A stretch of 64,000 nucleotides of DNA from Gemmatimonas sp. (GTDB taxonomy: Bacteria > Gemmatimonadota > Gemmatimonadetes > Gemmatimonadales > Gemmatimonadaceae), in the NCBI GenBank assembly GCA_965279375.1, contig OZ257156.1, forward strand, positions 3,040,001 through 3,104,000, read 5' to 3'. Of the stretch, positions 11,350-20,918 are shown in pieces. Position numbers and translations under genes: made by a program. How positions within the stretch are numbered: the first letter of the stretch is position 1; every line of letters begins with the position of its first letter. A model generated the notes under the pieces. It made no database searches. It was not told the origin of the DNA and was given only the letters and a program-made list of their open reading frames with translations.

Positions 11350-12768
11350 ATGACCGATAACAAGTCCGCTGGATCCACGCTCTTTGGTGGTGCCGTCACG
11401 GTGAGCGATGGACGTGTGCATTTGCACGATGCTGCTGCGCTCAAGTCGGCGCACCTCGACGCGCTGGTACGTCAGGCCGTCTTTGGCGACGAAGGCGAGC
11501 GCATGGTTGCGCGCTGGATGCTCTGGGAGCTGGGCCAGATCGTTGGCGTGCGGCCTGCCTCCATTCACGACCTCTACACGGCGCGTGGACAGGGCAAGTG
11601 CGGTGGCTTCACGGTGCCGGCCATCAACGTGCGCGGAGTCACGTACGACACGGCGCGCGCCATCTTCCGTACGGCGCTCGCGCTCGATGCGGGCGCGTTC
11701 ATCTTTGAAATCGCGCGCTCGGAGATCGCCTACACGGAACAGCGTCCTGACGAGTACGTCTCGGTCATCATCGCGGCTGCGCTGCGCGAAGGCTACACCG
11801 GCCCGTTGTTCATTCAGGGCGACCACTTTCAGGTCAACCACAAGAAGTTCGCCGTCGATCCCGTCACCGAAGTCAACGCGGTCAAGGCACTCGTGCGCGA
11901 AGCGGTGGCGGCTGGTTTCTACAACATCGACGTGGACACCTCCACGCTGGTGGACCTGAGCAAGCCGACGCTGACCGAACAGCAGCGCCTCAACTACGAA
12001 GTGTGCGTGGATCTCACGCGCTACGTGCGCGGTGAAGAGCCGAAGGGCATCACGATTTCCATCGGCGGCGAGATCGGCGAAGTCGGCACGGAGAACAGCA
12101 CGCCGGCCGAGCTGCACGCGTTCATGGAAGGGTACAACGCCACGCTGGCGGCACAGGCGCCCGGCATGGCCGGCCTGTCCAAGATCTCGGTACAGTCGGG
12201 TACGTCGCACGGTGGCGTGGTGCTCGCCGACGGCTCGATTGCCGATGTGGCGCTCGACCTCGACACGCTCGAGACGCTCTCCAAGATCGCCCGCGATTCG
12301 TATGGCATGTCTGGTGCAGTACAGCACGGTGCGTCCACTCTTCCCGACACCGCGTTCGGCAACTTCCCGCGCACGGAAACGGCAGAGATTCACCTTGCAA
12401 CAAACTTCCAGACGATGATGTACGATCATCTGCCGGAAGCGCTGCGAGCGGAGATCTACGAGTGGTTGCGCGAGAACGCGAAGGACGAGCGCAAGGCGAC
12501 CGATACGGACGAGCAGTTCTTCTACAAGACGCGCAAGAAGGCGATCGGACCGTTCAAGCGTCAGCTGTGGGGCATGCCGGCCGAGAACAAGGCCAATCTC
12601 GCAGCGGCGTATGAGGCAAAGTTCGAATTTCTGTTCCGTCAGCTGGGTGTCGCGAGTACCAAGACCGTGGTCACGACGTTCGTCTCCACGATCGAACAGC
12701 ACCGTCCGCTTCCGACGGGTGCCAGCACGATCATCGCGGCGCCGGACGACGCGGACCTGAGCGACTGA
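11350..12768 (+). CDS. fba: Class II fructose-bisphosphate aldolase
   Basis: VPAIN, QGDH, GEIGEVG, GTSHGG, VQHGAS; glycolytic context. Confidence 0.85.
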   Translation: MTDNKSAGSTLFGGAVTVSDGRVHLHDAAALKSAHLDALVRQAVFGDEGERMVARWMLWELGQIVGVRPASIHDLYTARGQGKCGGFTVPAINVRGVTYDTARAIFRTALALDAGAFIFEIARSEIAYTEQRPDEYVSVIIAAALREGYTGPLFIQGDHFQVNHKKFAVDPVTEVNAVKALVREAVAAGFYNIDVDTSTLVDLSKPTLTEQQRLNYEVCVDLTRYVRGEEPKGITISIGGEIGEVGTENSTPAELHAFMEGYNATLAAQAPGMAGLSKISVQSGTSHGGVVLADGSIADVALDLDTLETLSKIARDSYGMSGAVQHGASTLPDTAFGNFPRTETAEIHLATNFQTMMYDHLPEALRAEIYEWLRENAKDERKATDTDEQFFYKTRKKAIGPFKRQLWGMPAENKANLAAAYEAKFEFLFRQLGVASTKTVVTTFVSTIEQHRPLPTGASTIIAAPDDADLSD

Positions 12769-12858
12769 GTTTGGGACTGAGTTTGACGCGTGGTCGTCCG
12801 CTTTCACGGCGGCGACCACGCCTACGTACGAGATGCCGCACAGCGGCAAGGAGGGGCC

Positions 12859-13392
12859 ATGGCTCGACAGGATGAGTACGACGATGACCGCGTGGTGATC
12901 GTCGGGCGCGACAACAGCAGCAACGGGCTGGGCATGATGTTGCTCGGCTTGGCCATTGGCGCTGGTGCCGCGCTGCTGCTCGCTCCGGCCAGTGGCGAGG
13001 AGACGCGTGCGAAGTTGCAGCGCGAAGCGCGTCGGGCCGGTCGTCGTGTGAAGGACGTGACCGATGCGTTCGGCGATCAGGTCAGCGATCGCGTGGGTCG
13101 CACCCGCTCGCGGTTCAGCGAGCAGGTGGATCGCGCGCGCAACGCGGTGGATTCTCGTGTGAACGCCGTGGGCGAAGCGTTCGAGGCGGGGCGTGACGCG
13201 GTGGACGACACGCGTGCGGATTTGGAGCGCGCCGTAGCTGACGCGAAGCGTGCGTATGCGGATAGTCGTCGTGCGTACCACGAGGCGCGCATCGCGCATC
13301 AGCGTGGCGCCCGTGCGGTCGCGCGACGCGACGACGTGTTCGAGGCCGACGGCCAGCTCAACGACGGCGACGGGGCTGCGACCGAAGGCTGA
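12859..13392 (+). CDS. YtxH domain protein
   Basis: GLAIGAGAALLLAPASGEETR signature followed by a coiled coil; AAGGAGG RBS. Confidence 0.8.
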   Translation: MARQDEYDDDRVVIVGRDNSSNGLGMMLLGLAIGAGAALLLAPASGEETRAKLQREARRAGRRVKDVTDAFGDQVSDRVGRTRSRFSEQVDRARNAVDSRVNAVGEAFEAGRDAVDDTRADLERAVADAKRAYADSRRAYHEARIAHQRGARAVARRDDVFEADGQLNDGDGAATEG

Positions 13393-14305
13393 CGCCGTCG
13401 GAGACATTGTCCGCCGCGTTTGGAATCAGAGCGGCGAAGACAATGTCTTCTTTCTCGCGGGCGGGCTGGCGTTCAACGTCCTGCTCGCCCTCGTGCCGTT
13501 TGTGCTACTGCTGATCGCCGGACTGTCGCTGTTGCTCGGCAGTCAGCCGGCGCAGGCGGCGGCCACCGTCACCGGCTTGGTGCAGGCCCTGCTCCCCACC
13601 GACGCGGCCTCCGCCACCGAGTTGCTGCAGGGCGCTGTCGGTGATGTGCTGCGCACCCGCTCCTCGGTCGGCCTCTACTCGGCGATCGGTTTCGCGTGGT
13701 TCTCCACGCGACTGTTTGGATCGCTGCGCAGCTGCCTGTCGCTGATCTTCGACGGAACCGATCACGGCATCGTCACCGGCAAGCTGTTCGACTTTGCCGC
13801 CACGCTGATTGCGACAGTCGCGGTGGTGGTCTACGTCGTGTTCTCGGCGTACCTCGACCTCGCGACTACACGAGGCGTCGCGGTGCTGGTGGAGATGGGG
13901 CTCCGCGAGTCTGCGATGAGCGGCGTGATGTACGTGATCGGTCGCGTGTTGGCCATCCTCGTCATTTTCCTGCTCTTCTATGCGCTCTACCGCGGGCTGC
14001 CGCGCCATCGGCCCTCGACGCGCACGGCAGCGATAGCGTCCGCGAGTGCCGCGCTGTTCTTCGAGCTCGCGCGCAATGTGTTCACGCTGCTCGTCGCCCG
14101 ATTCGATCCGAGCTCGCTGTATACCGGAACAATCGCGGCCGTGGTCGCGGTGGTCTTCTGGACGTACTATGGCTCGCTGCTCTTTCTCTTGGGCGGCGAG
14201 GTGGCGCAAGCGTACGATCTGCGCCGCAAAGCCAAGTCGCCACCAGCTCCTGCGCCCGCTACCGCGCGCAAATCCTCTCCGAACGCCACGCGCCCCAAAC
14301 CCTGA
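13376..14305 (+). CDS. YihY/BrkB family membrane protein (start uncertain)
   Basis: AGGLAF...ALVP N-terminal motif, multiple TM helices, YTG...W.YY...LLGGE C-terminal motif. Confidence 0.85.
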   Translation: MRPKADAVGDIVRRVWNQSGEDNVFFLAGGLAFNVLLALVPFVLLLIAGLSLLLGSQPAQAAATVTGLVQALLPTDAASATELLQGAVGDVLRTRSSVGLYSAIGFAWFSTRLFGSLRSCLSLIFDGTDHGIVTGKLFDFAATLIATVAVVVYVVFSAYLDLATTRGVAVLVEMGLRESAMSGVMYVIGRVLAILVIFLLFYALYRGLPRHRPSTRTAAIASASAALFFELARNVFTLLVARFDPSSLYTGTIAAVVAVVFWTYYGSLLFLLGGEVAQAYDLRRKAKSPPAPAPATARKSSPNATRPKP

Positions 14306-14442
14306 TTTCCGTACACGCGCCCCGCGATCTGCGCGACGACATCGGCACGCATCCGACCGCGACGCCGCGTCGCTCGGGGGCTCCGCTGGCCGGGGTGGGC
14401 TTCGCCGGAGTGGGGCTCGATGAGGATCAGGTCGATGACCCA
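14291..14442 (+). pseudogene. Degenerate 5' remnant of ltaE (duplicated yihY-end/ltaE-start junction)
   Basis: 14291-14340 matches 16263-16312 at 39/50 nt by manual alignment; peptide LISVHAPRDLRDDIGTHPTATPRR versus LtaE MISVHAPVDLRSDTVTRPTAAMRR. Confidence 0.75.
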
Positions 14443-14506
14443 CGCCTCTGTGATGATGTCGACGATGTTCCCTGACTATCTAGCAGGCGAATACTACTCC
14501 GCGGAC

Positions 14507-16066
14507 TCAGGGGATTATCAATGCGGGAAGCGGATTCACAAGCGTGTTTGATCTCACGTTGTAACTGGTGAACCCCGGGGCACCACGCACGATGAGTTCC
14601 AACACCGACAACGTCGGTAAGGTCGCGCCCGACACAATCGGACGGAGGTTGAAGGTGAACCGAACAATTTGAAATGTGCCCGGCTTGGTCAGCGCCAAGC
14701 TGCTTGCGAGCGCGATGGTCGTCATCTTGGAGCCAGAAGCGTCCGGGAACGGCAAATTGCTGAAAACTCCGATGTCGAACTCGCTCGGCGACAGTAGCGT
14801 GCGGGAGTCAAAGGCAAGCCTTAGTGAGTCGTACTTGACCCGGAACGCAATACCTACCAGTTCGTCTGCGGCGGCACCATTGACACTTGGATTGCCCGGA
14901 GCGCTACCCATATCGATGGCGACGGTCAGCGCGACCTGGCGACCGGTTGGACCAGTTGGGGTGATGGGACCCCAAGTGCCAGTAACCTGATACCGGAGAG
15001 GGCAGCTCACGACGATGTCTCGCACGAGGCCGGCCGTTGTCACACCGCTGTAGGCGTACGGACCGGGATTAACGCATCCGATCCGCAGTCCGGGCAAGTT
15101 GATGGCACCCGCATTCGGGATCGTCGGCACGCCCAAGCGATTGAAACTTCCGTCAGCCGCCGTGAATACTGCGGCCAGTGGCGAGCCACCAACCGGCGTC
15201 ACGACGACCGATACACCTGGCAGGGGCGTCCCATCCTCGAGCCTTGTCACCGTACCCGTTATGTTGCCGGCCGGCTGGGCCGGAACAAGATCGGCCGCCA
15301 CGATCAGCTTCGCACGAAAATCGCCTACGGTCGGATCTATCAAAAAGCCAACGCGCTGAAACGCAGTCGTCTGAAGGGGGCCAATCGGCGCAAACGGCTC
15401 GTAGCGGAAGCAGTCGTTCGACATCGCAACGCAACCGATGTCGTTGAAGAAATTGTGGTGGTTACCATCGCCGAGGGGCGGCTCGCCCCAATCCGCGCTG
15501 GGCTCGACCACACCGCCGCGCGGCGTGCTGACGATGAATTCATTGCCTGCGGAGGTCACGCTGCCAGCTGCGGTCGTGACGCTTATTTCGAACGGGAACG
15601 CCTGTACTCCGGTCACACCAGACGGGGGCGTCGGGAAGCTCGGCGTGGTGAGTTGGAAACTCGTGAGCTTGTTCAGGATCTGCAGAGAAAACGTCACGAG
15701 AATCTTGTTCGGCGCGACCGCACCCAAGGCACCCTTTTGGAAGCCGATGGCGATCAGTTCGATGGCGTCACCACCCAGCAAGGAGAACTGCGCGTCGCCG
15801 CCGAGCACGTTCGGATTGAGGCGGGAATTGATGCTGGAGGACGGCGCGGTGATTTTGACGGTGTTCCTGGTGGCGCTGATGTCCATAATGAACGCAGCGC
15901 CACGGTACTGCGCCGGAATGGCCGGCGAAGACGGCAGCACTGGCGCAACTGGCGCGTCGCTTCCCTTTTCGACGCACGCGCCGAGCAACGCGATCGTGGT
16001 TGCTGCAGCGAAAAGACGACCGACAGTGCCGACACTACGCATTGACTGATACTCGCTCGATTGCAT
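14507..16066 (-). CDS. Putative surface lipoprotein with a carboxypeptidase-regulatory-like domain and a possible cohesin-like C-terminal domain
   Basis: LLGAC lipobox; GNITGTVT..DGTPLPGVSV motif; beta-rich C terminus; visibly more AT-rich than its flanks. Confidence 0.6.
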   Translation of the reverse strand: MQSSEYQSMRSVGTVGRLFAAATTIALLGACVEKGSDAPVAPVLPSSPAIPAQYRGAAFIMDISATRNTVKITAPSSSINSRLNPNVLGGDAQFSLLGGDAIELIAIGFQKGALGAVAPNKILVTFSLQILNKLTSFQLTTPSFPTPPSGVTGVQAFPFEISVTTAAGSVTSAGNEFIVSTPRGGVVEPSADWGEPPLGDGNHHNFFNDIGCVAMSNDCFRYEPFAPIGPLQTTAFQRVGFLIDPTVGDFRAKLIVAADLVPAQPAGNITGTVTRLEDGTPLPGVSVVVTPVGGSPLAAVFTAADGSFNRLGVPTIPNAGAINLPGLRIGCVNPGPYAYSGVTTAGLVRDIVVSCPLRYQVTGTWGPITPTGPTGRQVALTVAIDMGSAPGNPSVNGAAADELVGIAFRVKYDSLRLAFDSRTLLSPSEFDIGVFSNLPFPDASGSKMTTIALASSLALTKPGTFQIVRFTFNLRPIVSGATLPTLSVLELIVRGAPGFTSYNVRSNTLVNPLPALIIP

Positions 16067-16107
16067 CGTGGCGTTGGGACGCCGACTTTGGTCCAGGTCC
16101 TGTCCCT

Positions 16108-16137
16108 GTGCGCTGCGAGGTGCAACTCGCAGCGCAC
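16108..16137. repeat. Perfect 12-bp inverted repeat (GTGCGCTGCGAG-N6-CTCGCAGCGCAC)
   Basis: Read directly in the intergenic region between the lipoprotein gene and ltaE. Confidence 0.7.
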
Positions 16138-16273
16138 CTCCGTAAAATCAGCGAATGCAGCATAGGCATTCGATGTCACGAACATCGCTCTGCTCGTGTA
16201 TCGAACATCGGTTCGCGGCGGTGGTGTTCACACCTCCTCGCGAGTCCACCCCGACGCACACCCGACCCAAACA

Positions 16274-17317
16274 ATGATTTCAGTTCACGCGCCCGTCGAT
16301 CTTCGCAGCGATACCGTCACGCGTCCCACGGCGGCGATGCGTCGCGCCATGGCCGACGCCGAGGTAGGTGACGACGATCGCGACGGCGACCCGACGACGC
16401 GTCGGTTGGAGGCGATGATCGCGGAGCGCCTGGGCAAGGAGCGCGCGCTCTTTTTCCCGAGCGGGTCGATGGGTAACCTCGCGTCGATCTGGCTGCACAC
16501 GCAGCCCGGCACTGAGGTTTTCGTCGATGCCGACGCGCACGTGGTGCACTGGGAGATCGCCGGCGTGGCGGGGCTCTGCGGTGCGCAGATCCGCACCGTG
16601 CAGTCCACGCGGCTCGTGTACAACGCAGACGACCTGCGCGCCTCGATCCGACCGCCGGCGCTCGATGCACCTGATCCGTCGCTCGTGTGCGTCGAGAACA
16701 CGCACAACGGGGCAGGGGGCGTCGTTACGACGCTGCCAGCGTTGCAGGCCATCGCTGCGGTTGCCCGTGAGCATCAGCTCCCCGTGCACCTGGACGGCGC
16801 GCGCCTCTGGAACGCCTCTGCGGCAACGGGCACGTCGCTCGCGGACTTCGCTGCCTGCGCGGACACGTTGATGGTGGCCTTCTCCAAGGGGCTGGGGGCG
16901 CCCGTCGGCGCGGCGGTGGCGGGCAGCGCGGCTGCCGTCCTTCGGCTGCACAAGATTCGCAAGCGCTTCGGCGGCGGCATGCGGCAGAGCGGCATTCTGG
17001 CTGCTGCGGCGCTGCACGGCCTCGAGCATCATCTCGCGCGTCTGAGCGAGGATCATGAGTCGGCCCGAGAGCTGGGCCGCTTCGTGGACGGCGTGTCCGG
17101 CGCCAAGATTGTCGCTCCCGACACGAACATCCTGATGATCGATCTCCCCGCCGCGCGCGCCACGGACATCGTCGCCCGCGCCGCCGCACTCGGCGTACGC
17201 GTGTCGGCGTGGAGCCCCACGCGCATCCGGGCGGTCACGCATCTCGACGCGCCGATGGAAGCCATTCAGGAAGCCGGCCCCCTGTTGCGACAGGCGATCG
17301 AGCGGTCGCTCGCCTAG
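16274..17317 (+). CDS. ltaE: Low-specificity L-threonine aldolase
   Basis: DLRSDTVTRPT, VENTHN, HLDGARLWNA, FSKGLGAPVG (PLP lysine), GGGMRQSG. Confidence 0.92.
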   Translation: MISVHAPVDLRSDTVTRPTAAMRRAMADAEVGDDDRDGDPTTRRLEAMIAERLGKERALFFPSGSMGNLASIWLHTQPGTEVFVDADAHVVHWEIAGVAGLCGAQIRTVQSTRLVYNADDLRASIRPPALDAPDPSLVCVENTHNGAGGVVTTLPALQAIAAVAREHQLPVHLDGARLWNASAATGTSLADFAACADTLMVAFSKGLGAPVGAAVAGSAAAVLRLHKIRKRFGGGMRQSGILAAAALHGLEHHLARLSEDHESARELGRFVDGVSGAKIVAPDTNILMIDLPAARATDIVARAAALGVRVSAWSPTRIRAVTHLDAPMEAIQEAGPLLRQAIERSLA

Positions 17318-17327
17318 CCAGCAGCAG

Positions 17328-17356
17328 TTTACCCGGCTGGCGCAATTGACTACGTT
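17328..17356 (+). promoter_or_regulatory. Sigma70-like promoter of the SRP RNA
   Basis: TTTACC-17 nt-TACGTT immediately upstream of the RNA. Confidence 0.5.
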
Positions 17357-17360
17357 GCAC

Positions 17361-17465
17361 GTGCTCCGGGTCCCGGAGGGCACCGGCCCGCCAATCCCGT
17401 CAGGACCCCGAAGGTAGCAGCGGCACGTGGAGTCCAGCGTCGCTTCGTCAGGCCCGGAGTATCAC
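17361..17465 (+). ncRNA. ffs: Signal recognition particle RNA (4.5S, small bacterial type)
   Basis: Domain IV-like motif TCAGGACCCCGAAGGTAGCAGC; closing stem GTGCTCCGGG/CCCGGAGTAT; canonical position upstream of dnaX. Confidence 0.9.
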
Positions 17466-17515
17466 GCGCGGGAGGACCCGCTCTTTCGAGAGCCGGACCT
17501 CCCGCGCGTTTTTTT
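17464..17515 (+). terminator. Rho-independent terminator after ffs
   Basis: ACGCGCGGGAGG...CCTCCCGCGCGT hairpin followed by a T run. Confidence 0.85.
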
Positions 17516-17552
17516 CTGCCGCAGCGCTGGACCGCCGCGCTAAATTGCGGCC

Positions 17553-19337
17553 ATGTCGCTCGCCCTCGCCCGGAAGTACCGCCCGCGCAACTTCGCCTCC
17601 GTCGCGGTGCAGTCGCACGTTGCCAATACGCTCAAGGGGGCCATCGCGCGCGGCCGGGTGGCGCACGGCTACCTGCTCTGCGGTCCGCGAGGCACCGGCA
17701 AGACGACGCTGGCGCGTGTGTTGGCGATGGCGCTCAACTGCGAGCGACGTGGCGAGCCCGAGTTGCAGGGCGAGCCCTGCGGGCAGTGTGCCAACTGCCA
17801 GCGTATCTGGTCGGGAAGCGCCTCGCTCGACGTAGTGGAAATCGACGCGGCATCCAATCGTGGCGTGGACGATGCCCGCGAGCTGCGCGAACGCGCGATG
17901 TACGCGCCCTCCGGCGAGGATGGCTACAAGGTCTACATCGTCGACGAAGCGCACATGCTCACCCGCGAAGCATGGAATGCGCTACTCAAGATTCTCGAGG
18001 AGCCGCCGCCACGCGTGGTGTTTGTCTTCGCCACCACCGAGCCGCAGAAGATCGCGCAGATGGCCGCGCCGGTGCTCTCGCGTCTGCAGCGTTTCGATCT
18101 CAAGCGCATCGGGCCCGCCGAAATCCGTGAGCGCCTGGCGATCGTGCTGCACGAAGAAGGCGTGGCGTTCGAAGACGAAGCACTGGGGATGATCGCACGC
18201 GCCGCCGACGGCGGATTGCGCGATGCGTTGTCGTTGGCCGACCAGGTGCTCTCCATCGGCGAGAGCGCCAACGTCACCGCCGATCGCGTGCGTGCCGCAC
18301 TCGGCCTCGTGCCCGACGAAGAGTATCTGGCGCTGCTCGATCTCATCGTCGAGCGTCGCGCCGCTGATGTCTTCCCGGCGGTACAGCGCCTCGCCGACAG
18401 CGGCGTGGACTTTGCCCTCGTGATGTCGGGCTTGGGCGAGCTGCTGCGTGCGCAGCTGGCCATCGCGTTGGGCGGGAGCATGCCCGAACTGCCTGAGCGG
18501 ATGCGTGTGGCGTTGGTGGAGCGAAAGAGCCGCGTGGCGGCGAGCGATCTGCTGCGAATGTTGCATGCGCTGCTGGAGCTCGAGCCCACGTTCCGTCGCA
18601 GTGGGCAGCCGCAGCTGCTGATCGAGACGCTGTTGGTGCGCTTCGCGCTGATCGATCGCACGGTCGATCTCGAAGAGGTACTGCGCGGCTTTGGAGACGA
18701 CGGTCGCGATGATCCACCGGTGCGGCGCGCAGCCCGCGAGGCCCGCGTGGCATCGGCGCATGCATTGCCTCCAGCGCCGCCGGCCGTGGTTGCGCCCGCA
18801 CTGCCTCCGCAGGCGCCGCCGGTGCCGCGATCGGCCACGCAGCAGGTGGCACAAGCCGCAGCCGCGGCACAGATGGCCTCGGTGGCCGCCCCGGCGCCTC
18901 GTGCGGCCGCCGCACGCAGCGACTACACGGCGCCGCCGCCATCACTCGACACGGTCAAGGCGCAGTGGAACGTGGTGGTCGAAGGAGTGCGACGCGCGGG
19001 GCGCGGCATGCTTGCGCAGGCCGTGCAGCGCATGCAGCCCATGGAGGTGCTGCCGAACGGATCGCTGGTGCTCGGGTACGTCACCAACGACGACACCTTC
19101 GCCAAGGCGGTCGACGGCGCACGCAGCGATGTGGTGCTGGCATTGCAGGGCGCCGTGGAAGGAGTCACCGGCTTTACCCTGCGGTTGCAGCGGCCGGCGT
19201 CATCGGAGCCGCCCCCGCGTCCGACCAAGCGCCTCACCGCCGATGTGGTGCAGCAACAGCGCCTCGAACAATTCGCCGCCAGCGATCCGTTACTCGATGC
19301 CGCCGTGCGCGCGCTCGATCTGGAATTGCTCGACTGA
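17553..19337 (+). CDS. dnaX: DNA polymerase III subunit gamma/tau
   Basis: LARKYRP, GPRGTGKTT, EIDAASNRGVDD, DEAHML, LLKILEEPP. Confidence 0.97.
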   Translation: MSLALARKYRPRNFASVAVQSHVANTLKGAIARGRVAHGYLLCGPRGTGKTTLARVLAMALNCERRGEPELQGEPCGQCANCQRIWSGSASLDVVEIDAASNRGVDDARELRERAMYAPSGEDGYKVYIVDEAHMLTREAWNALLKILEEPPPRVVFVFATTEPQKIAQMAAPVLSRLQRFDLKRIGPAEIRERLAIVLHEEGVAFEDEALGMIARAADGGLRDALSLADQVLSIGESANVTADRVRAALGLVPDEEYLALLDLIVERRAADVFPAVQRLADSGVDFALVMSGLGELLRAQLAIALGGSMPELPERMRVALVERKSRVAASDLLRMLHALLELEPTFRRSGQPQLLIETLLVRFALIDRTVDLEEVLRGFGDDGRDDPPVRRAAREARVASAHALPPAPPAVVAPALPPQAPPVPRSATQQVAQAAAAAQMASVAAPAPRAAAARSDYTAPPPSLDTVKAQWNVVVEGVRRAGRGMLAQAVQRMQPMEVLPNGSLVLGYVTNDDTFAKAVDGARSDVVLALQGAVEGVTGFTLRLQRPASSEPPPRPTKRLTADVVQQQRLEQFAASDPLLDAAVRALDLELLD

Positions 19338-19419
19338 TCGCCGGACCGCCTCTTCGCGCGAGGTTGTACGGTCCACCGGCAACCTCTCGAAACCCGCCAC
19401 TCGTTACCCGTCACCGCTC

Positions 19420-19737
19420 ATGACCGATCTCTTCAAGATGTTGGGGCAGTTCAAGGACATGCAGGGCCGCATGCAGGCGATGCAGGAAGAGCTGTCGCGT
19501 CGCACGTTCATGGCCGCGTCGGGCGGCGGCATGGTCTCCGTCGAGTGCGACGGCAAGATGCAGCTCACCAAGATCAAGATCGATCGCTCGGTCGTGAATC
19601 CCGACGACACCGAGATGCTCGAAGATCTGATCGTCGTGGCCGTGGCCGAAGTGCAGAAGAAGGCCGCCGAAGCGATGCAGATGGAAATGAGCAAGGTCAC
19701 CGGCGGTATCGAACTGCCGTTCAAGCTGCCGTTCTGA
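19420..19737 (+). CDS. ybaB: YbaB/EbfC nucleoid-associated protein
   Basis: SGGGMVSV, EMLEDLI; located between dnaX and recR. Confidence 0.93.
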   Translation: MTDLFKMLGQFKDMQGRMQAMQEELSRRTFMAASGGGMVSVECDGKMQLTKIKIDRSVVNPDDTEMLEDLIVVAVAEVQKKAAEAMQMEMSKVTGGIELPFKLPF

Positions 19738-19744
19738 TCGCCGC

Positions 19745-20335
19745 ATGTCGGTGATCGACGAGCTGACCAGCGAGCTGGCGCGGCTGCCGGGCATTGGTCG
19801 CAAGACGGCGCTGCGGCTGACGTACCACTTGCTGCGGCAGCCACCCGCGCAAAGCACACGCCTCGCCGAGGCGCTCGTCTCGCTCACGGAGCGTGTGCGC
19901 GCGTGCGAGCGGTGCCACAATTTCACGGAGCAGCCACTGTGTACGCTCTGTTCCGACCCGCGTCGGGACGCGAGCATTCTGTGCGTGGTGGAAGAGGCGG
20001 CGGACATCTCGTCGATCGAGCGCGCCGGAGAGTTCCGCGGGCGCTACCACGTGCTCGGAGGGCGTCTCTCTCCACTCGATGGCGTGGGTCCTGACGACCT
20101 GTTCATCGGGGCGCTGCTCGCGCGCGTCGAGCCCGAAGGGGTGCGCGAGGTCATTCTGGCCACCAATCCGTCGCTCGAAGGTGAGGCGACCGCGCTCTAC
20201 ATCCAGCGGCAGCTGGCCACCCGTGAAGTGCGGGTCACCCGCATTGCGCGGGGGCTGCCGGTAGGTGGTGACCTCGAATATGCCGACGGCGTGACAATCG
20301 CGCAGGCGCTGTCGGCCCGCCGCGAGATGGCGTGA
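19745..20335 (+). CDS. recR: Recombination mediator RecR
   Basis: LPGIGRKTA HhH, C4 zinc finger, YHVLGG, EVILATNP, GGDLEYAD. Confidence 0.97.
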   Translation: MSVIDELTSELARLPGIGRKTALRLTYHLLRQPPAQSTRLAEALVSLTERVRACERCHNFTEQPLCTLCSDPRRDASILCVVEEAADISSIERAGEFRGRYHVLGGRLSPLDGVGPDDLFIGALLARVEPEGVREVILATNPSLEGEATALYIQRQLATREVRVTRIARGLPVGGDLEYADGVTIAQALSARREMA

Positions 20336-20420
20336 TGAGGTTACTTTCGGGGGCCTCCGAGCGTTGATAGTGCACGACTCCCCTTCGCGGGGGAGTGCGG
20401 ACCCTTTCTCCCATACGTTC

Positions 20421-20909
20421 ATGCCCGTCGGCGCTGCCACCTGGTCGTTCACCGAGGACGACTTCGGGGCCATTACCATTACGCTGCAACGATTCCTCTA
20501 CGACGCGAAGGCGCGCTGCGCGCTTATCGTCGATCGCAGCGGCCAACTCGTCGCGACCGTTGGTGAACCGCCGACCTTCGATGCGACGGCCTTCGCCACG
20601 CTCACTGCCGCCGATTTCAGCGCCAACGACCAGCTGGCGCGCCTGATCGGCGAAACGGACTTCAGCGTGCTGTTTCATCAGGGCGAACGCGAGTCGATGT
20701 ATCTCGCCGATATTGCCCGGCGCGTCATTCTGGTGGTGCTCTTCGACAACCGGACCACCCTCGGGCTGGTGCGGCTCAAGATGAAGAGCGCGGTCGAAGA
20801 ACTGACCAAGACTTTCGAGGGCGTCTTCGCGCGCGGGGGCACGGCACAGGCCACGCCGCCCGGATTCCTGGCCGGAGCGGAAGACGAGATCGACCGGCTT
20901 TTCCAGTAG
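20421..20909 (+). CDS. mglB: Roadblock/LC7 protein MglB (GAP for MglA)
   Basis: LTAADFSA..LARLIGE..FSVLFHQGE, TTLGLVRL, EIDRLF; directly upstream of mglA. Confidence 0.85.
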   Translation: MPVGAATWSFTEDDFGAITITLQRFLYDAKARCALIVDRSGQLVATVGEPPTFDATAFATLTAADFSANDQLARLIGETDFSVLFHQGERESMYLADIARRVILVVLFDNRTTLGLVRLKMKSAVEELTKTFEGVFARGGTAQATPPGFLAGAEDEIDRLFQ

Positions 20910-20918
20910 AGGCCGACG

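Noticed and set aside
12763..12785. Direct repeat GACTGAGTTTG x2 after fba
   Set aside because: Only two short copies; not a CRISPR array or a recognisable operator.
18600..19000. Programmed -1 frameshift producing DnaX gamma
   Set aside because: No A-AAA-AAG or poly-A slippery site seen; only a Pro/Ala linker.
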